From the human T2T-CHM13v2.0 reference genome, Homo sapiens: a stretch of 64,000 nucleotides of DNA. The notes under the pieces were generated by a model. It was given only the letters and a program-made list of their open reading frames with translations, ran no database searches and had not been told where the DNA came from. Position numbers and translations under genes: made by a program. The stretch lies in NCBI RefSeq assembly GCF_009914755.1, contig NC_060934.1; one strand, 5' to 3'. Below, one piece after another: positions 26,562 to 41,317 of the stretch. How positions within the stretch are numbered: position 1 is the first letter of the stretch; each line of letters starts with the position of its first letter.

Positions 26562-26887
26562 GGGCAGGCGAGGTGGCTCAGGCCTATAATCCCAGCACTT
26601 TGGGAGGCTGAAGTGGGCAGATCACTTGAGGCCAGGAGTTTGAGACCAGCCTGGACAACATGGCGATCTCCACTAAAAATACAAAAAAATTAGCTGGGCA
26701 TGGTGGCACGTGCCTGTAGTTCCAACTACTCTACCTGGGGGCTGAGGCATAAGAATTGCTTGTACCTGGGAAGCAGAGGTTGCAGTGACCCGAGATTACA
26801 CCACTGCACTCCACCCTGGGTGACAGAGCAAGATTCTGTCTCAAAAAACAAAAACAAAAACAAAAACAAAAAACAGAAAACAAAAAA
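26562..26887 (+). mobile_element. Alu (S/J-type) with (AAAAAC)n tail
   Basis: Dimer with small deletion; degenerate TSD aaaatcac...tggag. Confidence 0.92.
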
Positions 26888-28408
26888 GTCACGCAGCTGG
26901 AGATTTTAACTCAATAGTCTCAGTAATAAATAGGATAAGCAGATAAAAAATAAACATACAGCAAAACACAAAACAAAAATAAATAAGGATATAGACAATA
27001 TGAACAACATGTTAACAAATATGAACTAATTGGCCTATATACAATAGTCCACCACAAAACTAGAAAAAAAGAAAAAAATTATTTTTCAAGCACACATGAG
27101 ATATTTGCCAAAATAGACATATGTGAAGTTGTAAAGAAAGTCTTAATAAATTTCAAAAAGGCAAATATTTGATACTATGTATTCAAACAGGAGTGAAATT
27201 AAGCTCGAAACTAAAAACAGAAAAATAACTAGCAAAAAAATGATTAGACTTAGGAAATTAAGTAATACACTTCTAAAAACCCATGGGTCAAAGAAGTCAC
27301 AGATATAAAATATTTTAACCAAATAACAATGAAAATATGATATATCAAGATGTGAAGATATAGCCAAGGCAAAACAAACAAACAAAAAACAATCTTAAAT
27401 GCCTGTCTCAGAAAAGAAGACATGCTGAAACTCAAATCATCTAAGCAAATATCTCAGGAAGAAACAAAACCAAAATTAAAAAAAAAAAACCCTTTAAGAA
27501 AAGTGAGAAGAAGTAAATAGGAAGGATGATCAATTAATCAATTAATAATAAATATATAATATGAAAAAATTAACAAATTTAAAAATGGGTTCTGTGGAAA
27601 GATTAATAAAATTAATATGACTTTAGCAAGACTGATCAAGAGAAAACACAAATGATTAATATGAGAAATACAAAGGGGGATATCAATACAGAACCTACAG
27701 ACATTTAAAAATAAAGAATACAATGACAACTTTGTGCTGCGAAATTTCACAACATGGATAAAATATACAAATTTTTATGAAATGTTCCTTGATAAAAAGA
27801 AATAGAAAATCTGGACACTCCTGACACCAAAAAAAAGAAAATTTCAGAGTCAGATGATTTCACAAACGGAAAAGAAAATCGGCATCATTCTTACCCAAGT
27901 TCTTCTACCAAAGTCTTCTTTTTTAGCCCACTAGTCTGTTAAATGCTAAGTATACAAAGAAGAGTAAGACAAGGTCCTCATCCTCAAAACTTGAATGGGG
28001 GTGACAGACTTGCAAGCAAAGACAAATTACAATAAAATAGGCAGGGCACCACTGTAGGGGCATAAGGATTTGGTTTTGGTTGCATATAATTAATTTGTTC
28101 AGAAGAACTCTGGGCAGCTTTGTAGAGAAGGTACATTTGAGTTGAGTCTCTAATATTAGGTAGGAGAACCTGCCAGACAGAGAAAAGGAAGAGGCACTGA
28201 CGTTCTAGGAAGGGAAAATAAGTGCAAAAGGCTCATCTTAAGTGAGTATGGTATATTAAGGTCAGGGTGAGCAGCCTGGTTGGTGTAGCAGGCATAGGTG
28301 CATGAGACGGGGTTAGTAAGGAAAGGTAATCTCTGAGCTGCCCTCTGTCTTATTTCCTTCACTTGTGATCTCTAGATTACTAAGTTAAGTTAATTGTGCT
28401 TTTTTCTA

Positions 28409-28667
<259 letters not shown>

Positions 28668-31225
28668 GCATGGGTGCAGGGAACAACTGAGGGAAGAGTA
28701 TGGGATGAGGGTGGAGAGATTCTAGGAAGTAGGGAGAGGAAAGACAGCTTTGCTACTTTCCCAGATATGTGAGCCTGCTGCCCAGTGATGACAAATGTAC
28801 TCTCATATTGATCCAGAGTCCTAGCTATCCCAACTCCTATGTGTCCCAGTTTCTGCAACCTGGCTTCTGGTTTTGTTCTTCCTACTGACTCTCCTTTCAT
28901 GCCAAGTCTCCTGAGTACTAGGGTACAATCTACCAGTGTCAGGGATAAAACTGACCTGTTATCAGATGGAGTATTAAGATGACAACATCCAGGCTCCCAT
29001 ATTGGAACAAAGCCATCTGCACTTCATCCTGAAGGCACTGCAGGACAATCAGACATGCTGGGGAGACCTGAATAATAACTGTTAGAACACAAAACAAGGT
29101 AGCATATAATTATGATATTATATTGTTGGTATAAACGTCCAAGTAGGTGGAGCAAAATCACAGAGGAAAACAATAAAATTTTCTGAAGTAGGGGAAGACA
29201 TTAAATGGGTATTGTTTTTTATTATGGCCATCTAGGAAAGAACAGAGCAGAAAAAATTTTGAACTATAAAGAAATGTAGTAACACAGTTAGAAAAACCTT
29301 GGGAAAATACTCAGAGGGGAAAATATTGACTGTTCATGTTACTCAAGCTATATTGATAGGAAACCAAACCAACCAACCAATGCGGTTAGACAACCAGATG
29401 ATACAATGGTAGAAGAATGCTTCAAGCTTGTTGCTTAATCACAATTTTGTTTTTTGACAAAGTTTGACAAAGTGGGAAAGAATCTCTTGTCTTCAGAAAA
29501 TTGGGGAAGGTTCAATAGTCATTCACAGGGATTAGTTTCAAACAAATAATTTGAAAGTCCCAAAAGTAAGACTAGAAGTAGGGCCAAAGATCTTGAGTGC
29601 TCTCTGTGATTTTTCTCTTGATTAATTGGCCTCTGCCAGACTTTTGTTGCATTTTTGTCTAGAGTTATTTTGGATGACATTCCTCTTGTCACATGTTGAG
29701 ACTTGCTAGGGGGCTGCTGCTGGGTTCTTACAAGTACCTCCTCAAATGCCTTCTATTTGACATCATTTTATCCTCCTCCCTGAGATGAAAACAAGCCAAC
29801 TGAAAATGTAAAGAGTGTTGGGTTGGGTATAATTGATATTATACTTTCTTTGACTAGTTGGCAGTAGATTTTGGAACAAAGTAGTGTATTTACTGCCTGT
29901 AAACATTTTGTTGACCTGAGAAAAATACGTTCATGAAATCTATTTGCATTTTCTGATAGAGAAACACTGTGGTAAAGGGTTTTGTTGGGTCATTTTGAAA
30001 ATTTTGGCTCTCATTCACTGGTCAAACATTTATTGAAAGCCTACTACATTTCAGGTATTATATGCTTTGGAGGAATGTTTAGGGGAGTGTTTTTCAAACT
30101 GAACACCAAGATATTAATAGATGTTCCTTTGACAAAATTGTTTCTGGCCAAGTGAGTTTGCAACATAAACTCTTTCTTTGAATCTTAGCACATGTTAGGA
30201 TGATAAAGTTCCTAAGTCTTGCAGCAAAGAAGCCTGATTAATTTTGTTTTGCTTAATCCAGTGTTTCCTTTTCTTAATTTTTTTCTGACCATGGAACCCC
30301 TTATTCTAGAACATTCATTATATCTCTTGAGATAGCAGGGTGTTCAGCTCTCTCTGCCCTCCCTGTATCTTTTGAGGAGTGGAAATGAAAGAACCTTCAC
30401 ATCATATCATGTATTAGACAAGTGCTGAACAGAATGTGCATGTTGTAAGGAATCTGGTAATATAGCGTGTCAATGGCAGAAAAAGACCCATGTAAACATT
30501 TTGCCAAAGTACTTTTCTCTCTCCTTTACTCCCTCTTTGTTCCTAGTCCTGATCTCTGTTACCTTTCTTGAGCCTCAGGCACAGAGAAGCAGTAGTTCCT
30601 TTTCCTTGAACTCTCTTTTTGTAAGCCATACTCTTCCTTCTGTTTCTGCCAGTTTTTTCTTTTTCTTTTTTTGTTGCTGCTCATACAACCTGTGTTAAGA
30701 AGAGGTTTGGCTTTACATTCTCATTCAGTATGTACGATCAAGCATCATCAAGTCAAAAGCTGACTAACACATGTGAAGGAGATAAGTCTGGAGATAGATT
30801 CTCAATGTGGTTGGTGGATGCACAGCCAGGAATCCGTTGTAAATCCTAAGTGTCCTGAGTGTAGGCAGATAGCCAGAGAATTTCCCCAAGTACAGGGTCA
30901 AGTCAGTCATTTGTAAGAGTCAATAGGATTAGTAAATCCTAGGCAGTGTGGGTCAAATAGTCTGCTGAATATACCCTGGGAGTCTGAAACATTGAATGGA
31001 GAAGAGAGTCTGCATTGAAAAGACGAGCACTGGTAGCCATCAGAATTGGGACAGAATGAAGAAATTCCTCTGGGAAACAAAGTAGCTAAGTTTAATTCTT
31101 CTCCAACTTTGAATTTCAAAATAAACAGTAGGAAAACATCTGGTCATAAGAATGTTCTGTGTTTTCAGATGCCTCCAGATGTAGAGGGTGGTGGTATCTT
31201 GTCTCCTAATGGAGTTCAAAGCCAA

Positions 31226-31684
31226 ATACCATAGTTTCCATTTATCTGCAGTTTCACCTTTTTATGGTTTCAGTTACCCATAGTCAACTGCAGTTCTGAA
31301 AACATTAAATGGAGAATTCCAGAAATAATTTAGAAAAATTATAAGTTTTAAATGATGCATCATAATCTCACTTTATCTCGTCACGCAAGCATTTCATCGT
31401 CTCACATCATCACAAAAAGAGTTCAGTACAAGAAGATATGTAGAGGGAGAGAGAGAGAGAGATCATATTCCGATAACTTTTATTAACAATATATTGTTAT
31501 AACTGTCTTTTTTATTATATACTATTGTTAATCTCTTAATATATCTAATTGATGTATTAAATTTTATCATAGGTATGCATGTTTAAGAAAAAACATATTT
31601 GTAGGGTTTTGTACTGTCCATGGTTTCAGGCATCCACTGAGAGTCTTGGAACATATCCCCCACTGTTAAGCTAAAACTACTGTA
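31226..31684 (+). mobile_element. MER44-like (Tigger-derived) DNA element
   Basis: ggtttcagttacccatagtcaactgc...aaatggagaattccagaaataa...ggtttcaggcatccactg...actactgta. Confidence 0.75.
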
Positions 31685-32269
31685 GGGCTGTATGGAACAA
31701 GTGTTTTGAAAAGTAAAAAAATACAAATAAAAATGCTCCATTAATAAAATGTAATATTGCTAGTAAATTGGGAGTATTTCATATTTGTTATCCCATTTGG
31801 TTTGGGAACATAATTAAAGATGTGTGTTGCCCCAAGCCTTTGTTCACATCCGTATTTTCATCAAAGACCCACTGATGGGCACTTCAGTAGGAGTCCAGAC
31901 CTTAAGGGGTATCCATACCAAGAAGGGGTGACAGTCTGTAGACAGACACTTTCAATACAGTGCTGAAATGGGCATCTGCACACGGTGTGATGGGAGCATA
32001 GAGATGGGAGCAATGGAGTCTACCCTAGGTTTGGGGAAGAGGGAGATTAATTTGGGTATTTAGAAAAGGCTCTCTAGAGGAAGGGATGCTTGAACTAAGT
32101 CCTTATCAAATAATAGTTAGCTTCAGGTTGCATGAGGGATAAGATGGGAGAAAAGAGACTAGGAAAGACATTACATGTAGAGGAAGCAATGTGGACCAAG
32201 TCACAAAAGCAGGAAACCTAGCTGCTCTATAAGGTGTCTGCATAGAATGTAAGTAGAACAAAGGGTAGA

Positions 32270-32766
32270 CAGTGCATTTGTTTTCTAGTCTTTGCACAAC
32301 AAAATACCCACACTTAGTAGCTTAAAACAACACAAAGTTTATATTGTATAGTTCTGGGGCTCAGAAGTTGACAGGGGTCTCCCTGGGCTAAAAGAAGGTG
32401 TGGTGAGGTGGCATTTTGTTCTGGAGGCTCGGCGGGAGAATCTGTTCCCTTGTGTTTTCCAGCTCCTAGAGACTGCCCACATTTCTTGGCTAGTGGCCCC
32501 CTCCTTTCATCTTCAAAGCCACCCATATAGCATCTCTGTGACCCTACTCTTTCTTTGACCAGAACTGGGAAAGTCTCTCCACTTTTGATGATTCATGTGA
32601 TTAAATTGGGCTTACCTGGATAATCCAAGATAATCTCTCTATGTCAATGTCTGTACCCTTAATCACATCTGCAAAATCTCTTTTGCCATGCCAGATAACA
32701 TATTCACAGGTTCTGGGGATTAGGGTATGAGTATCTTTGGAGGATGACTATTCTGAAACCTACTGC
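32270..32766 (-). mobile_element. MLT1 (C/D-like) LTR
   Basis: gcttaaaacaacac...ttctggaggctc...taatcacatctgcaaa...tcacaggttctggggattagg. Confidence 0.85.
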
Positions 32767-33285
32767 AGGCAGGGATGGCTTTGGCAGGCAAGGACCACAG
32801 CATGGATGGAAGGCCCTGAGTGCCTGCTGCTCTCAGGAGCTAGGTTCTGACTTCTCTCTTCCAGTTTGGATCGACTCCCTTGCCAGTGCTCTGCTATTTT
32901 GGGACTGGAGCCAGTTTCTGGTCTCTATGGCTCATTGATAAAAAGAGTGATTGAGGAGTAATTACTTTTCATTACTCTGAATGCTGCCCCTGACCCCAGG
33001 AAAGTTAACCCCTGCACAACAGTAATTAAAAAGCTATTTGTCTCCTTTTTCTACTTATCTGAAGATACACACTAAGATAAAAGGGACTTTAACTTCTTAT
33101 GGATTCTACCAAGCCTCTGTTTCTGCCAGCTATTACCATCCTTCCCTTTATATTTGATTTTCAGTTAAGTGCACATTAAACAATATATGACAGATTCTAC
33201 ATATATTCCCTTCAATTGACCTAATTATATGAATTTATAAAAATAAAATTAATCCTGAGACAGTTCTTTAAATTATATTATTTGA

Positions 33286-33586
<301 letters not shown>

Positions 33587-34989
33587 ATTTGATACCTTAT
33601 AGAAAAAAATAATTTGAGAAAATCCAGTATTGCTCAAGCTTTTATCCTCTTTCCATACTGTTATGCTCAGTTAATCTTTCTTAGTAATATCTCTCATTAA
33701 ATTAAGTGATTCTTAATGGAACATAACCTATAGTTTCACAATAATTGATCTAGTCAATTTCCATAACGTTAAGAACTAGGTAACTGACACCCAGATAGGT
33801 GAAGCATGACTTGCCCAACATCACATAGCTACTTAGCCAAAAATCTAGGATTTGACCCTGATATCACTTCTGTCTATACTTTTAAGCTTTAGATTTTATA
33901 TCAATTTGGTTTCAAATTTATCTCAGGCTTTTCAAAGATTCCTTTGTTAAAAGCAAAATCATTTTTGCTTTTCAGATTGTTGGTGTTTTTGGCTTAGCCC
34001 CACATTTTAGTAGTTTTACTATCTTTGCTGGAAAAATAATGTCTAAGGACAAAACATGGACACGCAGTCTCTTTCTATGCCCCACATCACCTCCTTTTGA
34101 CAGAGAGATTAGCTTTGTTGACCTATGTTCTTTTTGCAAATCTTGTTCTTGTTCTCTTTCTCATAAAGCTCACCGTCCCCTTACTTCCCCTCTGCTTCTA
34201 GTTCTCTTTCTTTTCATAACATCTCACACTCAACATGCCTCCTGGGTCTAATACTAACAAAGGGCAGACACAAATAGCTGTAGCAGTGGATGTTGATTTA
34301 GATGCTTGGCCACGTTTTTGCTTGGGTCTTCTCTGAGTCTTTCCCCCAGATGCTTAATGAATTTTCCTCCTTCTCGATCTATTTTTTCGTTTCTGAAGAA
34401 AATGTGCTCAGCTTCATCCACATCACAGTTATCTGTCAGCACACGCAGAGAATGAGCTTCCCAAAAAAGATGGCTATATTGAGCATTTATGTAGCACCTT
34501 CCCCCTCAACAATTGAAAAACCTTCCATAGGGGAGAGATTTGCCATCTTTATTACATTGCTGATGAGAAATGGAGGTGGGGAGTAGGAGGAGAATGATCT
34601 TAGAAGGTGGGAAGAAGATATATTATCAGTTACACTTTGCAGATGGAGCAACCAAAGTAGAGATTAGGTCTATCCAGCTATTTCCCTTTATCATTTGGGG
34701 CCTTAGGGGAGGTCATAATATTGGAGCATTGATCAGCAGATTGGCTTGCCAAGAAATCAACCCAATCCTCTAGTGAAGATACCTAAAATAGAGTATATTC
34801 ACAGCCCACAGATGAAAGCATCTTAATATTTAGGCAGGGCAAGCTGCTGCAGAACATAGTGTGGCACTTTAATGAAAGGCACTGTGTATGACCACAATGT
34901 CCTGGGCTCAAACCGTATTCTCCTCTTTCCTCCTAAATCTCTAAGAGCCTCTATTTTCTCATCTGTGAAGCAGAAATAGACAAATATGA

Positions 34990-36050
34990 TTTTCAGGTTT
35001 AAGAGAGGAAAAAGGTTTTAGTATATTAGAAAGCTGATGAGAAAGATCCAATATAAAGCAAGAGATTTAAGACAGGAGAGAAGGGATAATTTGTAAACCA
35101 AGATCTCTTCCCGATGAAGCAGGGCAGGGGACTGGTGGAGGCATAAGTCTTGATTAGAAAGAAGGGCCCCTCTTCCGCAGTGGCAGGAGGCAAGATGGAA
35201 GAGTGGCTGTGTAAGTGCATGGGTTTGTAAATGTGGTGGTGGAAAGTTGGAGGATCTCCTCTCAGAATGTCTCTATTTTCTCTATGAAGTAGGAGTTGAT
35301 GCCATCTGCCTTGAGTATTGGGTGGTGTGAGGAAGTTGGAGGATTGAAGATAGTGAAAAAGTATGGAATCCTCACCATGGAGAATAGGAGAGCTGATGAA
35401 AACTCAGTAAATTTCTTGGCAGTGTTTTATGTCCTATTGAGGATGTTGACATGAACACACCATGGCAACACTCTGCCCTGCTGCATTTTCTGCAGTGATG
35501 CTCAGCAACTTTGGTCAATAGTTGGGTTCCTGAGAGAGGCCAGGTAAATGGGATGAAAGGATAGTGGGCAAAGGAATTGAAGAAACTGATAAAAGAATGG
35601 TTGAAGTAACAGGATATTGAATATAAATAGGATAGGGAAGGAAGCAAAGGAAGGAGGACACTGATATTCTGAGTCAGTGAGATAAGTGAGAAATTGTAAA
35701 GGTAGTCAAATGAATTCAAAGAGCTGGTTTAATTGAAATAACTCAAAGAGCCATCTAAAATGATAAGAATTGGGAAATGTCTGAGTTCTTGATTTTGAAG
35801 GTAGGACAGTGGTTCTGGGTGCTGTCAAGGCCAAAAGAAGGGCAATGAAAACACATGACCAAAGGAGAATATCACTAGAGATGAAGAGTTCAAGGAAGTG
35901 AGCAGCCAGGATGTTGGGTATTACCATAGATAATAAAGTCACACAGCATATTGATATTAGGATCTGGATAGGAGCCCAAGATTTTGTAGACAATAGTGAC
36001 AAAGAGGGATTGAGGATGTTAGAGCCAAAAGCATGAGTCTCAATGAGAAC
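34990..36050 (-). mobile_element. Decayed L2 (ORF region) fragments
   Basis: GA-rich antisense L2-like text (tctattttctctatgaagtaggag; gatgaagagttcaaggaagtgag); boundaries approximate. Confidence 0.55.
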
Positions 36051-36139
36051 ACTGCCTCCAGACTCTACGATATGTGATTGAGCAAATGCTCCTTGAAAAA
36101 CCTGGACAGAAAGTTATGTCTACAGGCAAGCCAACATCC

Positions 36140-36475
36140 TACGAAATGGGGATGATAATACCTATACCTTAGGGTTGTCAGGGTTAAATGAGAGCATGTA
36201 TTTTGAAATATCTTATATATATATATATATAATGGTAGTTTTGTATATTTAAAAACAATACAATCAACAATGCACAAGACACTATGCTAAGTGTATTTTG
36301 TGTATTATCTCATTTAATCCTAATGGTCTGATGGGGCAGGTACTATTATTATCTGCATTTATAAGTGAAGAAGCTGGGTTTTGGAAGGGTTAACTTGAAC
36401 AGGCCATTCAGCTCAGAAGTGGCGAATGTGAACTCAAGCAGTCTGGGGCCAGAGCCCACACTTAAACACTATTAC
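36140..36475. mobile_element. MIR fragments in opposite orientations
   Basis: aaatggggatgataatacctatacc...ttaaatgag, then tctcatttaatcc...aagtggc...actcaagcagtctgg. Confidence 0.7.
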
Positions 36476-39119
36476 ATGCTTCCTATGTTTTTTTTGTTTG
36501 TTTAGTTTGCCTGGTTTGAAACAACTGTATCAGATTGCCCATATGAACAAACTCAAGATATGAATTTATTTTGAAATAATGTAAACTAAACCTAAATTAA
36601 GTCAGGCTCTAAGCAAGACAGAATTTTGGGGTAAATGTGAAAATTCCCTAAACTGTAGTGTTTATGCTATTTTCAGCATGAAAATCCCACTACCATCATA
36701 CCCTACTTGTAGGGCCAGGCAAGGGGATAAAGGCCAGTCAATAACTATTGAGCTGTGTCTCAAGTCAAATCTACCAGGCTATTTTGGACTGTTTGATCTT
36801 GACTGATGACTAAGAAATAACAGGATGAGTCAGGGAAGAGATGAAAATGAATTCAGAGTAAGTGCAGCAGCTAATAGTAGAAGTAGGTGGAAATAAAAGG
36901 AAATATATTGGCAGATGTGGAGTGATGAGGGGCGTAGTGAGGGGAAACCATGGGCTCCAGTCACCTGCATCTCCTTGATGTGAAATTGAGAAGGGATGGT
37001 GGAGGGGACTGTTACATCTCTCATGGGTTTTGCAATGAGAGAATTGTCACTTGCATTGAGCAGTGTCTCTGAGCCATCAGGGGACAGATAGAGCACAAAT
37101 TAGAGTCCAGATTTTCCAAGAACTCTGAGTTCTTCCCTAAGAGAGAAAAGAGGGCAGTAGTAATGTCCAAATCACAAGAACCTTGGTCTGGCCTTGGATG
37201 TTTCATTTGGACCTCCCAGTCCTCATTTAAACCACACACTAACATTCTGAGTAAACATGAACATTCTCATTTTTTCTGTCACTGAGGAGCAAAGGTCTCT
37301 GGTACCTTGATGCAGTCCTCTGTAATTTTGACGTCCAGATGGTGCCATTGTCCATGGGGACTGTGTTGAGATGGAAAGGGTACACAGGGATTCAGGTGTA
37401 AACCAATGACATTCCAGATCATGTCTGTGGGCAATGGTGAGCATCAGTCTCCTAGAGGTTGAGACTTGAAGGGAGATGATCATGAGAAGGGTTTAATTGA
37501 ATAAATATTAATATTTCTATTAGCTAGTTCTTATTTTTGTTCAAGAGGAAACATGTTTTTATTACAACCCTGAAGGTACTAAAATAGTACCCCGATTGAT
37601 CGGAAACCCCCTGGGACCCGACAGTATTTTCCTTTGTCAGATCGCTGGACAACAATGGTCCCAGAGATATGAAGTAAAGGTGTTACTTTTCCAAATTATG
37701 GAAGCAAATGACCAGCCTGGACCTGTTCATTAGCTGGCGGTACTGTTTTGAGTAAAGAAAAATTTTAAAGATACACTCCGAGCCAAAGAGTTCCAGGGAA
37801 ATTTTTTTGAAGTACCCAGTGAGAACTTCCCGGCAGCCACATCTTCTTTCTTTCCTTTGTTTTAGAAGTTCAGTCCCTAAAGTGCTCTGTTCCAAGAATT
37901 GTTAGGGAAAGATGAAACTCTTCTGGCAGGTACTGGGATGTTTGGTTTGTTTTGACTCTGCGTTGATCTCAGGAATGTTAACAGGCGTGTTTCCATGCAA
38001 ACCACACAATAAAAAGATGACTATGGTTAAATCTAGTCCCTTGGGGTAGCTAAAAAAAATTTTTTTAAAAATGTACCTATTGGAAAACCTAGTGCTTCTG
38101 TAGCCAATTCTGCCAGATTAACAGAGGAGGCCTTTCTGGAAGGCTCTACACTGATCCTGTCAATTCTTATTAGGATGGCAGTTCCTAGCTCTTTCCATTA
38201 TGGTTTGTCAGTTTTTCCATTAAAGATCATGGCTTTTCGGAACACAAACATCTGGTGTGTTTCGAATCCCTCAGGATCTTGCTGATGGCATACAATTTAA
38301 TGGCAGGCAGTGCACGTCTTGCACCACATCTTTGCCTAAGTTTCTGGTGCGAAATTCCAAGTTTTGTAAATCTAGTCTTTCCCACACAATCCTGTACAGC
38401 TGTTTTCAGATCCAGGAAATCCTTGGACAGAAAGCAGATATGCTTTCTGGGATGTGATGAGCTTTATACAAGGGGGTAAGAGATTCCTGGCGTGTAAACT
38501 TGAACAAGTCTCAATTGTTCCATTTCCTTTTGGAAAAAGTCAAGGTCAACACTGTTGACCAGATGTACTTCAGTTAGTATCCAGAATTACGATGAAGAAT
38601 AAGAACCAAGAGGCTGATTTTGTCAGGAGGCCTAGGTTAGAGTTCAGACCTTCCACCGATTAGCTGTATGGCCCAGGGTGGTCATTTATACTCTGTGGGA
38701 AATGGTTTCCCTTTGGGTAAAATGAAATGGTTGGGCATGTTGGAATCTATGCCCCTCCTAGCTTCTGGAACCCAGAAGATTCCAGAGAAAATGAAAATGC
38801 TTGTCAGAGGTTTCATAGTACTACCCCGTAGCACCAGTAGATGGCAGACTCGCATTATAGTCTGAAATTGATACCACAGTATGATACTGGTCACATTGTG
38901 AAGGTAGGTACAATTTAATGATCATTAAAAAAACCAAAAGAATGAAAAAAAAAAGTGTTGTTCTTAACCAGCAGGCTCATGTAATCCTAGGCAAAGTTCT
39001 CTGTTTCTATTAACCTTAATGAGGACTCCATACTTGCCCAATGACCATCTTTTAAACTGTGCTTGGAAAGGCAATATATCTCCATTGGGGCAAACCATGC
39101 ATTTCCTCTCTCACTAACT

Positions 39120-39590
39120 CTGATTAATTCATTCAACAACGATTTGTCTGATGTTCAGTGTGTTCCAGGTCTTGGGCTCAGTGCTGGGGATACAGAGATA
39201 AACAAAAGAGACAGTCCCTGCACTCAGGAATCTCATCCCCCAGAGGAATGAGACAGCCACTGAACAAGTAGTTGTCACTGTGGTGCAAGTCTACTGAGAA
39301 GTACATACTAGACAATGTAACATGGATGCTAGAGGAGGAGTGACAGGGATAACTTCCCTGTGAAGTACTGGATGTATGAGAATGAGTGAGGGCTGGCTTA
39401 GCAGACAGGAAATTAGTTGAGGAGAGAAGTTCAGGCAGAAGAAACAGTAGGTGTGAAGCTGCATAGGGAGAGAGAGGGAAAAGATCAGTGCAGGAGCTAA
39501 AAGAAGCTGGAATGACTATGGCATTGAACCAGGCAGGGAGTAGTATGAGATGAGGAAACCAGATCTCATGGGGGCTATCGACCATGCAAA
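39120..39590 (-). mobile_element. L2 3' region
   Basis: ttcattcaac...tgtgttccagg...gtgctggggatacagag...gtccctgcactcagga. Confidence 0.75.
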
Positions 39591-39698
39591 GGAGAACGCT
39601 GATTTCATAGAATTCTTGATTTCTCCATGATGTTGTTGATAAGGGTGATTTTTATCAGATTTGTTAGCAGGCATCTTGGTGAGTAAAGAAGCCTGTTA

Positions 39699-39893
<195 letters not shown>

Positions 39894-39948
39894 AAAGAAG
39901 CCTGGTATGACAGTAAAAGAGAGAATAGGCTCATTTTGACTGGGAAGT

Positions 39949-41317
39949 TGTAGGAGAAAAAAGGTGTGATGCCTTTCCTCACCCATCATAAAGGTCACGG
40001 CTGACACTCCTATAACAAAAGTCAGATTAACAAGAGAAAATAATAATAAATGTATTTAATCAAAGTTTTACATTATAGGAGGCTTCAGAAATGAAGACTC
40101 AAAGACCCAGAGAAAACTGTTTCTATGCTTAGGTTTATTGAAGAATAGACAGCCATGTAGAAATGTGATTAAACAAAAGGGTATGATCTAATGGTAATAG
40201 ACTCAGGTGGAGAACCCAGCAAGGCCTGTCTGTTCAGATTCTTCTTGGCCTCTCTGTGCAGCATTCCTTCTTCCCAGGTATGGGGCAGGACCCTCTGGAA
40301 TGAGGGTCTTTAAGATGTTTCAGTAGGTAGCTAGTCAGGCATAAGCAGGGCAGGAGAGGGTTCAGCCTTCCCCACATACACACATGAGGAATGGAATGTC
40401 AGGTGACCATCAGGTGATGGTGAGGCAACTGTTAGCTCTCTCTATAAAATAATTTGTCAGAACCGGCACCAGGTAAGGGCAGTTTCCCAACAGATAGAAA
40501 AAATCTGAAACTGGTGAGCGGCAGCTTCTCAATAAGATTTCAGGAGTTTGGTGAGTGGGCTCAAACATGCACATTAAGAGGTAAAATGGCAGAGTTTAAC
40601 TGGTATATGACTTTCCTCTAGGAATGCTAGACTGGTAAGGGAAGAATACCTCAAGTGAACATGCGTACAACTCCAGTAAACACACTGCGCATGTTCCCCT
40701 CCCAGGTGCTAGCAGGCTACTGCACACCTTGGCAGCCTGCTCCAAAGGAAGAATCAGGGGAGAAGTAATGCAAGACACCAGAAGTATGCCAATGCATAAA
40801 ACCCCAAGTCAAAAGGTCAAACTGCACACTTGATCTCTCAAGTCACCTGCTTGGCCCTCTTCTAAGTATAGTTTATTTCCTTTTATTTCTGATCTAAAGC
40901 TTTTTAATTAACGTTCACTCCTGCTCTAAAACTTGCCTCGGTCTCTTCTCCTGCCTTATGCCCCTTGCTTGAATTCTTTCTTCTGAGGAGGCAAGAATTG
41001 AGATTGCTGTAGACCTGTATGGATATGGATTTGACACCAGTAACAAAGGGAGAAGGGAAAGAATAACTTTTCTAGGTTTTATGGCTTGCTTTGGGGAGAG
41101 AAGGATTCCAGTTCCTATAACTCGCCTTAGGGAAGAGGAATTCTGGTTTCTACATCTTTCTTTTGGGGAGCAAAAGGGATAGGAGAAAGGACGGCAGGAG
41201 GAGATCAGAGAGAACTTGCTTCTGAGACCCTTCCAATGTCCTTCATTTAGTTCAAAGGACTGGAGTACAGTGTGCCAAGGTGCCATACTTCGGAGTACTG
41301 TGTTCTGAGCCCCAAAA
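39949..41317 (-). mobile_element. ERV1 solo LTR (MER34/MER39 group) split by MER50
   Basis: Ends tgccatacttcggagtac...ttctgagcccc; 4-bp TSD AAGT. Confidence 0.75.
40316..41045 (+). mobile_element. MER50-like ERV1 solo LTR (nested)
   Basis: TGTTTCAGTAGGTAGCTAGTCAGGC...ttctgaggaggcaagaattgag...GTAACA; TSD AAGA/AAGG. Confidence 0.8.
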
